From the NCBI GenBank assembly GCA_937903035.1, contig CALCZP010000003.1:1156-65155 (forward strand): 64,000 bases of DNA, in the 5' to 3' direction. Positions 9,732 through 19,190 of the stretch are shown here, piece by piece; the first letter of the stretch is position 1; each line of letters starts with the position of its first letter. Origin of the DNA: an uncultured bacterium (lineage in GTDB: Bacteria; Patescibacteriota; Minisyncoccia; Phycocordibacterales; UBA9973). The translations under genes and the position numbers were made by a program. Under the pieces are notes generated by a model, which saw nothing but the letters and a program-made list of their open reading frames with translations, was not told the origin of the DNA and did no database searches.

Positions 9732-9803
9732 GGTGCCCAGAGGGAATTGAACCCTCGATGTCGGAACCACAACCCGAAGTTTTACCACTAAACTATGGGC
9801 ACC
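9732..9803 (-). tRNA. tRNA-His(GTG)
   Basis: G-GTGCCCA...TCGGG-TTGTGGT-TCCGA...GAGGG-TTCAATT-CCCTC-TGGGCAC-C; encoded G-1:C73 pair. Confidence 0.95.
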
Positions 9804-9879
9804 ATGTGTGGATGCTGTCCGTTCATCGAGAGCTGACAGCGTTCTCGTTATACCAGAAAAGACTGATGAAATCTAGACC

Positions 9880-10275
9880 TTAGAGAAAGAGTGCAATCGC
9901 AAGGAGGAGTGTGGCAAATGCCGATCCGAGACACCAATGACACCAGTGCTTGATAACAAATGCCTGAAGACCTACTAGGTAGAGCGTAAACAACACCCCT
10001 GCCCCGGTAATACCTCTGATGAGATTATGTACCAGTGGCGTATCCATACACGGAAGGATGAGTAGTCCAGCATAGAGAAGTCCTATCACGATATAGTACC
10101 CAAGTCCCATCAATTCATTCGGGATACCAAGGGTTGTCGCATGCGTGCTATGAACCACATATTCGCAACCATTTCGAGGGCAGACGAGCTTGGTATTGGA
10201 CTTCTTTTTGCGGTAGATATGGCTTGCTACCCCCAAACCAATCACTGAGGCCAATAGGCCGAGATATATGTTCAT
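9880..10275 (-). CDS. Vitamin K epoxide reductase (VKOR) family protein
   Basis: CPRNGC..V..S..., LGIPNELMG, WCHWC CxxC motif, 4 TM. Confidence 0.9.
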   Translation of the reverse strand: MNIYLGLLASVIGLGVASHIYRKKKSNTKLVCPRNGCEYVVHSTHATTLGIPNELMGLGYYIVIGLLYAGLLILPCMDTPLVHNLIRGITGAGVLFTLYLVGLQAFVIKHWCHWCLGSAFATLLLAIALFL

Positions 10276-10371
10276 GACAGAAAGTATATCATGCACATAT
10301 TGACTTTCCCCTCTTAATAAAGGATAGTTATGGTATTAGAAATAGAATGTTTCGATAATAATTTTAAATGT

Positions 10372-10920
10372 ATGGAAGGAGGAGAAATGAACTGGAAAGA
10401 AAAGCTTGAGTCAAAATCAGAAGATCTACTCGATCAATACAATGCACTCTGGAGTGAACTTACTGCTACAGAAGGAATTGCTGATGATAAGTATGAGCAA
10501 TGGAAAAAAGATATTGCTGCAATTAGCGCAGAGCGTGAAATGATCAGTACCGAGATCAAAGACAAGGAGGCTCTCCGTGTCGTATTGCTTGCAAAAAAAC
10601 ACCGTCTTCAAGCGGCAGCGCAATGGTCATGGGAAGATATGGAACATGATGCAAAAGGCGCTATCAATCCTGATGAATGGGCAGATCAGCGTACTAAAAT
10701 CCAGATGGAACTCGCGAAAACAATTGACGAACTCAAAGCAATTGAACAAGGGATCCCTCAGGTTGCATCAACTACTTCTCAAGAAGACATTGATACTCTC
10801 AAAGATGAGCTTGCATCAAATGCTGAGGGTGGTGCAAACTTCGAAGCCAATATTGTAAAAATGAACAAAGAACTCGGTATTGATACAAAAGATGCTGATG
10901 ATGTAGCAAAAGCTGCATAA
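10372..10920 (+). CDS. Hypothetical acidic coiled-coil protein
   Basis: Long ORF with helical composition followed by a terminator; start uncertain. Confidence 0.65.
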   Translation: MEGGEMNWKEKLESKSEDLLDQYNALWSELTATEGIADDKYEQWKKDIAAISAEREMISTEIKDKEALRVVLLAKKHRLQAAAQWSWEDMEHDAKGAINPDEWADQRTKIQMELAKTIDELKAIEQGIPQVASTTSQEDIDTLKDELASNAEGGANFEANIVKMNKELGIDTKDADDVAKAA

Positions 10921-10937
10921 ACTACCCCCCTACTCAA

Positions 10938-10964
10938 AAAGAACCCTCTCACGAGGGTTCTTTT
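10938..10964. terminator. Intrinsic terminator
   Basis: aaagaaccctc-tcac-gagggttctttt. Confidence 0.7.
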
Positions 10965-10995
10965 GTTTACAGAACAAAGTGCTACACTTGGATAT

Positions 10996-11940
10996 ATGGA
11001 ACATATAAAACAGAACCAGGAATCAATCGAAAATTCAGCATCTACTCCTCTGGAGACCATTCCGGAGATACAGCATATTCAGGCCACAGACAAAGAGAAT
11101 CCTGAGAAGCTCCTTAAAGAAATTCAGGATATGAGCCAACATATCAAGGAGACTGCTCAAAAACTTTCAAGCGCTCCTCATGAAGAACTATCAGCACCAG
11201 CAATACCGCTCTACGATGAGCAGCCAAAGTCATCTTCAAAGCCAGGGTTTTTTAGTGGGTTATTCAAAAAAGTAGCTCTAATTACCGGCCTTGGCCTTAC
11301 AACAATGAGTGCACAAGCAACCGAAAAAGACAGTACCATTGCAAAGACTGGCAAACCTACAACAACAGAAGTAAAAGGTTCTACAAAAGAGTCACTAAAG
11401 CAGATCAGCTTTAGTCGAGAAAACCAGAAAGCAGAGTCACTTACTCTCGTTGGAAAGCTCAACATACCAATGAATGACCCGGATATCGAAGTCGTTATCC
11501 TTGGACTTACCGGAGATGAGCATGCGACTAACAAGATAGACCAGATCAACGCTGCAATCAAAAAGCTTGGCTACACCCCTGCCTCAGCAGAGCTTGCTGA
11601 ACGTGCAATGGATGAACACGGGATGAACCTCGTCAAATCTATTTCATCAGTAATGGCTACTGGTGAGTATTATCGATCAAATGATGATACAAACCCTACC
11701 GAAACTATTTCGATCAAGAAAGACAGTACGGGCATCAACTCAGGTGAAGCACGCAAAGGAGGTAATACAACAGTTGCTATTGTTGCAAACATTGGAAATG
11801 GCGCAAAGTTTCAATCACGAGAAATTGGCAGTGATACTGCACTAGAGCAATTCAAATACACTGAGTATGGCTATCTCGCCTACCGACTCAAGTCTCCTAC
11901 CACTGCACAATACGCGGATGGTATTGCGAAAGTAAAATAG
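10996..11940 (+). CDS. Hypothetical protein with acidic N-terminal extension and internal signal-peptide-like segment
   Basis: KKVALITGLGLTTMSAQA at about residue 92; -10 box TACACT before the ATG; terminator downstream. Confidence 0.7.
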   Translation: MEHIKQNQESIENSASTPLETIPEIQHIQATDKENPEKLLKEIQDMSQHIKETAQKLSSAPHEELSAPAIPLYDEQPKSSSKPGFFSGLFKKVALITGLGLTTMSAQATEKDSTIAKTGKPTTTEVKGSTKESLKQISFSRENQKAESLTLVGKLNIPMNDPDIEVVILGLTGDEHATNKIDQINAAIKKLGYTPASAELAERAMDEHGMNLVKSISSVMATGEYYRSNDDTNPTETISIKKDSTGINSGEARKGGNTTVAIVANIGNGAKFQSREIGSDTALEQFKYTEYGYLAYRLKSPTTAQYADGIAKVK

Positions 11941-11946
11941 TCAACC

Positions 11947-11975
11947 AAAAACCTCCCCAATCGGGGAGGTTTTTT
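11947..11975. terminator. Bidirectional terminator between convergent genes
   Basis: aaaaacctcccc-aatc-ggggaggtttttt. Confidence 0.8.
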
Positions 11976-11977
11976 AA

Positions 11978-12985
11978 TTAGACCATTTCAGTTTTATAGG
12001 TAGATACCAATGCATAGATAAACGAGACCACAAGCGGTCCGATGATGATACCAACTGGTCCCATAAATGCAATACCGCCGAGCACCGCAAACAGAACGAG
12101 GAGTGGGTGGATATCAATCGATCGCCCTACAATGAGCGGATTGAGGAAGTTATCAAGCATACCTACCAAAAGTGCTGACCAAAGGGCAAATCCGATTGCT
12201 GCTGCATCACGCCCTACTGCAGCCAAAAAGAGTACTGCGGGGACTGAGATAAGTGATGTACCAATGGTAGGGATGAGTGAGGCTACCCCAGCAACAACAC
12301 CCCAAAGCGCTGCATGTGGGATACCAAAGATATACATACCAAATCCCATCAAAAGCCCCTGGGCTACCGCGATCAATAGATAGCCTTTGATAATACCGTT
12401 TGCTGAGACACGGAGCTTCTGAATAATTTGATTGCTGGCATCATCAGAGAGTGGACTAATGTTTACGAGCATTGCCTTCCACTGCTTTCCATCTTTGAAG
12501 AGATAGAACATACACAGTGCGACCAAGAGCAATGAAAAGATAGTTGAGATGGTAGCCGTAAATATTGACCCTACCCCACTCGTGATCCGAGACACGAGAG
12601 CACTGATGTTTGAACTTACATCAATCGATGCCGGGAAAAATCGAGAGACTACATGGTTGACTGCAGTAGTTACTTTCCCTACACCGCCGTTCTCAGCAAT
12701 CCATTGTGTGAGGTTTTGTGATTGAGTAAATACTGCCGATCCAACTGCAAAGATTGGTACACACAAAATAAGGATAAAACATATTACCGTGAGCAATGCC
12801 GCAAGCCATGAGATATTGCGAGTCACCCGACGGAGAAACCATTTGTAGAGCGGTGTGAATACTGAGGCAAGTGCAAGTGAGAGTAATATCACCGTTGCAA
12901 ACGGCCAGAGCATCAGTACCAACAATACTGACGAAACGAGAAAGAGTGAGAAGAATACGTATTTTTTCATTGAGTTGTCATGCAT
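11978..12985 (-). CDS. AI-2E family transporter (PerM/YdiK-like)
   Basis: Multi-TM; IPTIGT, DNFLNPLIVG, IHPLLVLFAVLGG..G..GIIIGP. Confidence 0.92.
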   Translation of the reverse strand: MHDNSMKKYVFFSLFLVSSVLLVLMLWPFATVILLSLALASVFTPLYKWFLRRVTRNISWLAALLTVICFILILCVPIFAVGSAVFTQSQNLTQWIAENGGVGKVTTAVNHVVSRFFPASIDVSSNISALVSRITSGVGSIFTATISTIFSLLLVALCMFYLFKDGKQWKAMLVNISPLSDDASNQIIQKLRVSANGIIKGYLLIAVAQGLLMGFGMYIFGIPHAALWGVVAGVASLIPTIGTSLISVPAVLFLAAVGRDAAAIGFALWSALLVGMLDNFLNPLIVGRSIDIHPLLVLFAVLGGIAFMGPVGIIIGPLVVSFIYALVSTYKTEMV

Positions 12986-13038
12986 AGATCGATTGTACCC
13001 CAAAACAAAAAGCCGGCCTAGCCGACTATCTGTATCTG

Positions 13039-13122
13039 TGCGTGAGAGAGGACTTGAACCTCCAAGGGATTACTCCCGCTACCACCTCAAGGTAGTGCGT
13101 CTACCAGTTTCGCCACCCACGC
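13039..13122 (-). tRNA. tRNA-Leu(GAG)
   Basis: GCGTGGGTGGCGAAACTGGTAGACGC...CTACC-TTGAGGT-GGTAG, long variable arm, GGTTCAAGTCC. Confidence 0.95.
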
Positions 13123-13202
13123 ATTCACTTCAATTGAAGTACTCCGTACTATACCAAAATACAGGCCAAGCGCAACACCGTCCTTGTGGGACGGTGTTTG
13201 TA

Positions 13203-13613
13203 TTACGCTTCAGTGTTTTCTACTGGAGCAACTTCGGTCTCTGTTTCTTCGACAGGAGCCTTGCCAGTGAGAATGCGCTTCATCTTACGACGGATTTCCT
13301 TTGCAGCCTTTTCTCGAACGTAGTAGAGCTTTGCACGTCGAGTCTTTGCCTTTTTAGTAACCTCGATCTTGTCCACGAGTGGAGAGTAGAGTGGAAATAC
13401 ACGTTCAACACCCACACCACTTGCGATCTTGCGAACCGTAAAGGTCGCTGATACACCAGTACCATGCTTGCGCGCGAGTACGAGACCTTCGAATGCCTGA
13501 AGACGGTATTTGCCCTTATCTTCGATTTTTGACCAGACGCGAACCGTGTCGCCTGATACAAAATCAAGCTTTTTTCGTGCTTCGACGTCTACTGGGCTGA
13601 ATGTTGTTGCCAT
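13203..13613 (-). CDS. rplS: 50S ribosomal protein L19
   Basis: GDTVRV..KI...RLQAFEG...[22 protein letters not shown]...RRAKLYY. Confidence 0.97.
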   Translation of the reverse strand: MATTFSPVDVEARKKLDFVSGDTVRVWSKIEDKGKYRLQAFEGLVLARKHGTGVSATFTVRKIASGVGVERVFPLYSPLVDKIEVTKKAKTRRAKLYYVREKAAKEIRRKMKRILTGKAPVEETETEVAPVENTEA

Positions 13614-13628
13614 AGAGCCCTTACTCTA

Positions 13629-14351
13629 TCACGCTCCTGTGTAGTTCGCAAGAGCCCGGCTGAAGTCCTCTGGATAGGGTGCTGTGACGGAAACCTGGGC
13701 TCCGTCGGGTGCTGTAAAGCTAATAGTTCTGGCATGGAGTGCAACCCGAGCAAAGCCAAGTGCCATTGGATGACTCTCGCCATAGAGCCTGTCCCCCACA
13801 ATTGGCCGCTGCAGGTATTTGAGATGCACCCTGATCTGATGGGTTCGTCCTGTTTTCGGAAATGCCTGTACCAATGAGAACTTCTCACCTTCTGTTTCAA
13901 ACTGGATAAGCGGCTTGACGAGTGTCACCGCATCTCGCATCTCACCGCGCGTGCCACGACCCGCATGCCATCGACGAAAGTCAGTCTTGTTGCGACCAAT
14001 CGGCACATCGACTGTCACCGCAAGATCTTTGAAGTGCCCCCAGACAAATGCGTGGTACTCCTTGTCGATATTGCGATCTTTGAACTGCTGCTTGAGGTAT
14101 TCAAATGAGTCTTGGGTCTTGGCAAGGACGAGTGCACCACTCGTCTCTTCATCGAGGCGATGCACAATACCTGGACGATCAATAGACTTCCCATCCACAA
14201 GCATCGGCTCACCCACTCCTTTCATTTCAGGATGAGTCTTAAGTATCCAGTCTACCAAACTCGGTTTGTTTCCCTTCCCATCAGCATGAACCATCAGCCC
14301 AGCAGGTTTGTTGATGATGAGCAGATCATCGTTTTCAAAAAGTATTTCCAT
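13629..14351 (-). CDS. RluA/RluD family pseudouridine synthase
   Basis: INKPAGLMVH, RPGIVHRLDEETSG, TGRTHQIRVH, LHA. Confidence 0.95.
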   Translation of the reverse strand: MEILFENDDLLIINKPAGLMVHADGKGNKPSLVDWILKTHPEMKGVGEPMLVDGKSIDRPGIVHRLDEETSGALVLAKTQDSFEYLKQQFKDRNIDKEYHAFVWGHFKDLAVTVDVPIGRNKTDFRRWHAGRGTRGEMRDAVTLVKPLIQFETEGEKFSLVQAFPKTGRTHQIRVHLKYLQRPIVGDRLYGESHPMALGFARVALHARTISFTAPDGAQVSVTAPYPEDFSRALANYTGA

Positions 14352-14374
14352 AAAAAGTAAACGACCCCTAATTA

Positions 14375-14587
14375 CTAATTAAGAGGTCGTTTTGGGAGGC
14401 TTCCGCCAACATAGAGTTTATCATCATCAATTTCGTATGAAGCAATAAAACCTTCTGGCACTTCGTTGATATAAAGAGTTAGACCACCAAGTGTGTTTTC
14501 GTCGATAACGATTTCAGCAAGATTGCTTTTTTTTGCTTCTTCATACTTTTTTTCGACAAGATCTGTAAATGCTGGATTTGTATGCAT
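14375..14587 (-). CDS. Small hypothetical protein
   Basis: AT-rich 70-aa ORF co-oriented downstream of the kinase. Confidence 0.55.
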   Translation of the reverse strand: MHTNPAFTDLVEKKYEEAKKSNLAEIVIDENTLGGLTLYINEVPEGFIASYEIDDDKLYVGGSLPKRPLN

Positions 14588-14617
14588 AAAATAATTTGTT
14601 TTATTATTATATATAAT

Positions 14618-15319
14618 CTATTTTTTGTCAATAGAATGTCTCAATCCGGTCGGACGAAGTGCACTTTTGAGGCTTCGCACCATCTGAAGATCATCCTTGA
14701 AGACACCAGAAACTTGATCATACTTTCCTGTTTTTTGATTATAGACAGTTGCAAGTTGCTCATAGGTAAAATCACTTCCTGTCCCTTCAGTTGCAGTACC
14801 AAAGTCAATAATAACAGGCATGCCTTGATTATTAATCATGACATTTCGAACATGTAAGTCCCGATGATAGATACCTGCATTATGCATTTTTAGGATCTGG
14901 TCATCTAAATCATTTGCAAATATTTGATATGAAAAATTTTCTGGTAACTGAGATGGATCTTGAATTGCTTGTTCTACCGTACAGCCATCAACACGTTCCA
15001 TAATAAGAAAACTTCCTTTATCTGTATCAATAGAAATCAATGCAAGTGGAGTACGAACACCTGCCTCGCGAGCTTTTCCTTGGAATTTATTTTCTTCGTC
15101 AATACTATTACAAATGAGCTGCTGCTTCTCCTTGATGCGCTTTAGACAAACCTTACTAAACTGACCGCCTTCTATCGCAAAAACTTCTGCATTTCCTCCT
15201 TCGCCAATTGATTCAGCATGTATTTCAAGAGAATTAATACATTCAAGCAATGCTTCAGTTTCTTTTGTCTCAACAATCTTTCTTACTTTTCGCATTTCGA
15301 AAGGTTGAATGTGTTCCAT
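14618..15319 (-). CDS. Protein-kinase-like protein (Bud32/RIO/Kdo-type fold)
   Basis: IGEGGNAEV glycine loop, VCLK, LIMERVDG, HRDLHVRN catalytic loop, IIDFG. Confidence 0.85.
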   Translation of the reverse strand: MEHIQPFEMRKVRKIVETKETEALLECINSLEIHAESIGEGGNAEVFAIEGGQFSKVCLKRIKEKQQLICNSIDEENKFQGKAREAGVRTPLALISIDTDKGSFLIMERVDGCTVEQAIQDPSQLPENFSYQIFANDLDDQILKMHNAGIYHRDLHVRNVMINNQGMPVIIDFGTATEGTGSDFTYEQLATVYNQKTGKYDQVSGVFKDDLQMVRSLKSALRPTGLRHSIDKK

Positions 15320-15325
15320 ATGTTG

Positions 15326-15398
15326 TGCGCCCTGAGGGATTCGAACCCCCGACCTTCGCTGTGTAAAAGCGCTGCTCTACCAACTGAGCTAAGAGCGC
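15326..15398 (-). tRNA. tRNA-Val(TAC)
   Basis: GCGCTCTTAGCTCAGTTGGTAGAGC...TTTACAC loop...GGTTCGAATCC. Confidence 0.93.
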
Positions 15399-15481
15399 AT
15401 TGTGTGCGCTTCGTCAATATACTGAAAATCCTCCTGTTTTGCAAATCACTTTCACTACGCTACTATACGAGTGTACTGTTT

Positions 15482-15553
15482 GCCCCTGTAGTTAAATGGA
15501 TATAACTGCGGACTTCTAAGCCGTTATTGTAGGTTCGATTCCTACCGGGGGCA
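15482..15553 (+). tRNA. tRNA-Arg(TCT)
   Basis: GCCCCTGTAGTTAAATGGATATAAC...CTTCTAA...GTAGGTTCGATTCCTACCGGGGGCA. Confidence 0.93.
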
Positions 15554-15555
15554 CC

Positions 15556-15831
15556 TTAGTTTTGATTTGAAACCGTACTAGTACGCTTTTGGATCGTACT
15601 TTCAATCGTATCAAGACGATCCTCTATCGCTTTAATGGTTGCACCATTGGTTTCAAGTGTTGGGACAGCTTGTGCATCGAGTTCTTGCACGGTCTGGGTA
15701 AAGAACCAGCTAAAATACAGAAGCTCAGCCGCGAGGACGAGAATAAAGCATGACAAAAAGTATGTCCAAAACCGATGCGGATTGAACTGTTGGTTTCTAT
15801 GATGACTTGTTTTGAATGCGTGATGAACCAT
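15556..15831 (-). CDS. Single-TM hypothetical protein in the pilMNO operon
   Basis: One TM plus coiled coil; last gene of the pilM-N-O run. Confidence 0.6.
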   Translation of the reverse strand: MVHHAFKTSHHRNQQFNPHRFWTYFLSCFILVLAAELLYFSWFFTQTVQELDAQAVPTLETNGATIKAIEDRLDTIESTIQKRTSTVSNQN

Positions 15832-15836
15832 AGATA

Positions 15837-16367
15837 TTAAAAGCTTATCACCTCAAACCCTCCAAGCACATCCCATGCTGGACCACCCTTTGCCTCTTTA
15901 TCCAAATACAATGAGAAGCTCGTAAAGCGCACTTGATACACCTGATGATTAATATCTGACAGAAATGCCTGGAGATTCACGAGTGACCCTTGTGCTGAAA
16001 ATGAAATCGTAAGCTTCTGTGGCCCCGTCTCAACGAGTGGAGTTTCGACCTGTGTGATAGCAAACGTAACACTTCGATTGAGTGCAAGGGTTTCAAGGGA
16101 TGAGAGAAGTGTTGGCAAGTTTTCAGTAGTCACCCGAGCGGCCTCAAGCATAGCTACCCTCTCTCCTGCACGCCCAAGTCTTTTGGTTTCGTCTTGAAAT
16201 ATCTTTTTATTCTGTTCGTATGATGCGAGCCGCTCCTTGATATCAATCACTTGCTGCTTTTTGTACTCCATACTGCGCGCAAATATCGCAAGCACCAATA
16301 TGAGCACTGCGAGCAAGAGCGCGGAGAGGATGACATACATGAGTTTTTTCTTATACAGAGATTCCAT
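15837..16367 (-). CDS. pilO: PilO-like type IV pilus assembly protein
   Basis: TM, coiled coil and ferredoxin-like region (SAQGSLVNLQAFL); follows pilN. Confidence 0.65.
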   Translation of the reverse strand: MESLYKKKLMYVILSALLLAVLILVLAIFARSMEYKKQQVIDIKERLASYEQNKKIFQDETKRLGRAGERVAMLEAARVTTENLPTLLSSLETLALNRSVTFAITQVETPLVETGPQKLTISFSAQGSLVNLQAFLSDINHQVYQVRFTSFSLYLDKEAKGGPAWDVLGGFEVISF

Positions 16368-16368
16368 A

Positions 16369-16899
16369 TTATTTGGTGAATGTTACAGTTATGACAAATT
16401 GCACATCACGACTTTTGACCAAGTTCGACAAAGGACTATCGACATTTGTAATGCCCTTTGTCGAACGAAGCATTTCAACAAAACGCTGCACCCCTTCACG
16501 ACTCAGAGAAGTTCCCGTGATTTGCATGGTTGGTGTGTCACCTTGCTGCATTACAAATCCTGTAAGGGTAATACCTGTAGTCAGTACGCTTCGCACGAGC
16601 GCAACATATGTTGCAGGAGCCTGGACTACAGGTGTTGCAAACTTTTCAACTAAGACCGTTGTTCGAGCCTGGAGATTGCTGACATCAGAAGGACTCACTA
16701 CTGCCCCACTTGCACGAAACTGCTCTACCTGTTTTGTTGCAAGCTCATAGCGAGTATTAATACTCATCAGTGTCGGAATAAACAACAGCATTCCCGCAGC
16801 AATAAGTACTGCAAGCGATATCATTACCGCCATCAAAACCCTGAACATGCGAAGTCGGTCCACCAATTTCTTTTGATTGTATGGGAGAAGATTAATCAT
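16369..16899 (-). CDS. pilN: PilN-like type IV pilus assembly protein
   Basis: MINLLP motif, TM, ITGTSLSREGVQRFVEML. Confidence 0.85.
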   Translation of the reverse strand: MINLLPYNQKKLVDRLRMFRVLMAVMISLAVLIAAGMLLFIPTLMSINTRYELATKQVEQFRASGAVVSPSDVSNLQARTTVLVEKFATPVVQAPATYVALVRSVLTTGITLTGFVMQQGDTPTMQITGTSLSREGVQRFVEMLRSTKGITNVDSPLSNLVKSRDVQFVITVTFTK

Positions 16900-17965
16900 G
16901 GTAGTCAGCAAGTGCGAGTCCAATAGCAGTCACATAACTCATTGCAGCTGCTCGAGGAAGCTCAGGGATTGCATGTTCAAATGACATGCAGTTAACCCAT
17001 GGATTTGCCTGAATAACAGTGAGCTTAAGCATCACACTGAGGTAGTCACAAATACCGTTGATATTACTATTCCCTCCGCAAAGATAGATTGTCTTGATAT
17101 TCGGCAATGCCCCATATTGATCTTTACGTTCGTGCCAATACACATAGCGACGATTGATTTCGTCTTTCAAAATTGAGATACCACCAATCAAACTTGAAAA
17201 TATATCTTTATGTTCGCCAATCGTCGAAAGACCGAACTCACGCATGAGACGACCTGCCTCTGGAGTATCAATAGCAAGCTCTTTTGCAAGTGAGTCGATC
17301 AATGTCTCACCGCCAAATTCAAGTGTTGAGGTGTAGACTGCTGTTCCATTGGTCACAATAGTAATACTGCTGCGATGTGCCCCAAAGTCTACAATCATCG
17401 CACTATCTGGATCTCCTGGTTTGAGCACTGCCCGTGCAATCGCCTGCCCATCAAGTTCAAACGATACTGGAATGAGTCCTGCATTATTGAAACATCCAAA
17501 GTAACTCTGTGCGACGACTTCAGACACTGCCATCACTTGTACAACGATCGTTGTCTCATTTTCAAATAGTACTTCATAATCAAATACAGTTTCGACTGCA
17601 CGCAGCGGAATATTTTCTTCGAGCACAAGCTCGATCGCACCTCTTAAGTCTTCTTTTGCTGCCACATCGAGCGGGAGTGTAAATGAATACACCTGACTTT
17701 CAGGGATTGATACGCGCACATAGCTGAGCTTGTATTTCTTGCGAACGTCGGTGAGAAAGTTTGTAAATGCGCGCTCGTTCACGACGCGACCACTTTGCAT
17801 GCAACCTTCAGGGATAGACATTTCAGCGAATGCTACAGGCATGAGTCCATGACGTCGCTCAGCGAGACGAACAAAACGCATCGTCGCATCAGAAAAATCC
17901 AACCCCACAGTTGGAGCTGCAATGAATGTTGGTGTTGGGAACAAGCGAGAGAGAAGCGGTGGCAC
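16892..17965 (-). CDS. pilM: PilM type IV pilus assembly actin-like protein
   Basis: VGLDFSD, IVDFGA..S, FGG, IYLCGG, ANPW, AIGLAL. Confidence 0.9.
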   Translation of the reverse strand: MPPLLSRLFPTPTFIAAPTVGLDFSDATMRFVRLAERRHGLMPVAFAEMSIPEGCMQSGRVVNERAFTNFLTDVRKKYKLSYVRVSIPESQVYSFTLPLDVAAKEDLRGAIELVLEENIPLRAVETVFDYEVLFENETTIVVQVMAVSEVVAQSYFGCFNNAGLIPVSFELDGQAIARAVLKPGDPDSAMIVDFGAHRSSITIVTNGTAVYTSTLEFGGETLIDSLAKELAIDTPEAGRLMREFGLSTIGEHKDIFSSLIGGISILKDEINRRYVYWHERKDQYGALPNIKTIYLCGGNSNINGICDYLSVMLKLTVIQANPWVNCMSFEHAIPELPRAAAMSYVTAIGLALADYHD

Positions 17966-17991
17966 GCGTATAGTATACGACAGCGCGCGTA

Positions 17992-18372
17992 CTATCGCAC
18001 GGTAGATCCGGGTGAAACAGTAGTATCAGGTACGAGAAACACCGGTGCACCATCACTACCATCGACTGCCATGAGCATGCCATTTGATTCAAGTCCGCGA
18101 ATTTTGCGCGGTGCAAGGTTTACAACATACAGGAGCTGTCTGCCGATGAGTTGCTCGGGCTGATACCACTCTCTGATACCAGAGAGAATCTGACGCGGTG
18201 TGTCCTCACCAAAGTCAATTTCACATCTGATGAGTTTGTCTGAGTCAGGCACTGCTTCTGCATGAAGCACGGTCCCGATCTTTGCAACGACCTTCTTGAA
18301 ATCATCAAGGGTGATGAAGGGATCAACCTTTGGTTCTTCTGTTTTTACTTCTTCAGGTTCAGTATGTTCCAT
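17992..18372 (-). CDS. Stand-alone tRNA-binding OB-fold protein (MetG C-terminal/Trbp111/CsaA-like)
   Basis: ITLDDFKK...AEAVPDSDKL...RQILSGI...VNLAPRKIRGLESNGML. Confidence 0.9.
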   Translation of the reverse strand: MEHTEPEEVKTEEPKVDPFITLDDFKKVVAKIGTVLHAEAVPDSDKLIRCEIDFGEDTPRQILSGIREWYQPEQLIGRQLLYVVNLAPRKIRGLESNGMLMAVDGSDGAPVFLVPDTTVSPGSTVR

Positions 18373-18562
18373 ACGTGCAGTCTAACAGAAGAACACAAAT
18401 AAAAAAGCCATCCAGGAAAAGGATGGCCTAAAGCACTAAGAGCACACAAGTGAACCATTGCATAATGAAGGAACGACCGGAATGATACTTTACAGCATGT
18501 GCCCGGGTAAGCTGTGGAGCGGAACTAAGCGTGTTCTGTCTCTTCAGATTTCATACTTTACA

Positions 18563-18946
18563 CTATTTCTTCTGCCTATCAAGAAAGCGCTGGAGGATCA
18601 CCGCAGCTGCAGAGTCGTCCCTGTTCCCCGCTTTGGTCTGGTAGCGGTGTGCTTCAACACTTGAAAAGTCTTCCCTTTGGAAAAAGATCGGGAGCTCTGT
18701 CGCGACTGCAAGCTTTGCTTTGAATGCCTGCACCTTATTCGCGACAGTATTTGAGACTTCATTGCTCGCAATCGATTCGCCTATGATGATCGCACTGACT
18801 TTTTCTGCTGTTGCAATACCAATGATTTCTTCGATGAGTGTACTACCTGATTCGAGAATTGCCTTCGGGAATGCAAACGAGCCATCCTCATCAGAGATGG
18901 CGATACCGACGTGCTTGGTACCATAGTCGATGCCCATGTATTTCAT
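18563..18946 (-). CDS. ruvX: YqgF/RuvX family nuclease
   Basis: GIDYGTKHVGIAISD...EDFSS.EA...DDSAAAVILQRFL. Confidence 0.9.
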   Translation of the reverse strand: MKYMGIDYGTKHVGIAISDEDGSFAFPKAILESGSTLIEEIIGIATAEKVSAIIIGESIASNEVSNTVANKVQAFKAKLAVATELPIFFQREDFSSVEAHRYQTKAGNRDDSAAAVILQRFLDRQKK

Positions 18947-19026
18947 GTAGGCATCCTACCATGCGAGTATTGAAAATCCATGGCCTGCATGATAGAGTGC
19001 ATCTGCATCACCGAATGTGAACGCTT

Positions 19027-19116
19027 GGAGGCGTGGCAGAGTGGTCGATTGCACCTGTCTTGAAAACAGGAGTCCTCGTAAGGGGACCGTGAGTTCGAAT
19101 CTCACCGCCTCCGCCA
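19027..19116 (+). tRNA. tRNA-Ser(TGA)
   Basis: GGAGGCGTGGCAGAGTGGTCGATTGC...CTTGAAA, long variable arm, GTTCGAATC...GCCTCCGCCA with encoded CCA. Confidence 0.96.
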
Positions 19117-19146
19117 TTAACAGGTAGCACGACATGCTATCTGAAA

Positions 19147-19190
19147 TAGGTAAACAAAAAGAGCGGATATCCGCTCTTTTTGTTTACCTA
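19147..19190. terminator. Long palindromic bidirectional terminator
   Basis: taggtaaacaaaaagagcggat/atccgctcttttttgtttaccta near-perfect inverted repeat overlapping the ppaC stop. Confidence 0.75.

Noticed and set aside
9696-9788. N-terminal extension of the GrpB ORF
   Set aside because: Overlaps tRNA-His; the real start is more likely at 9695.
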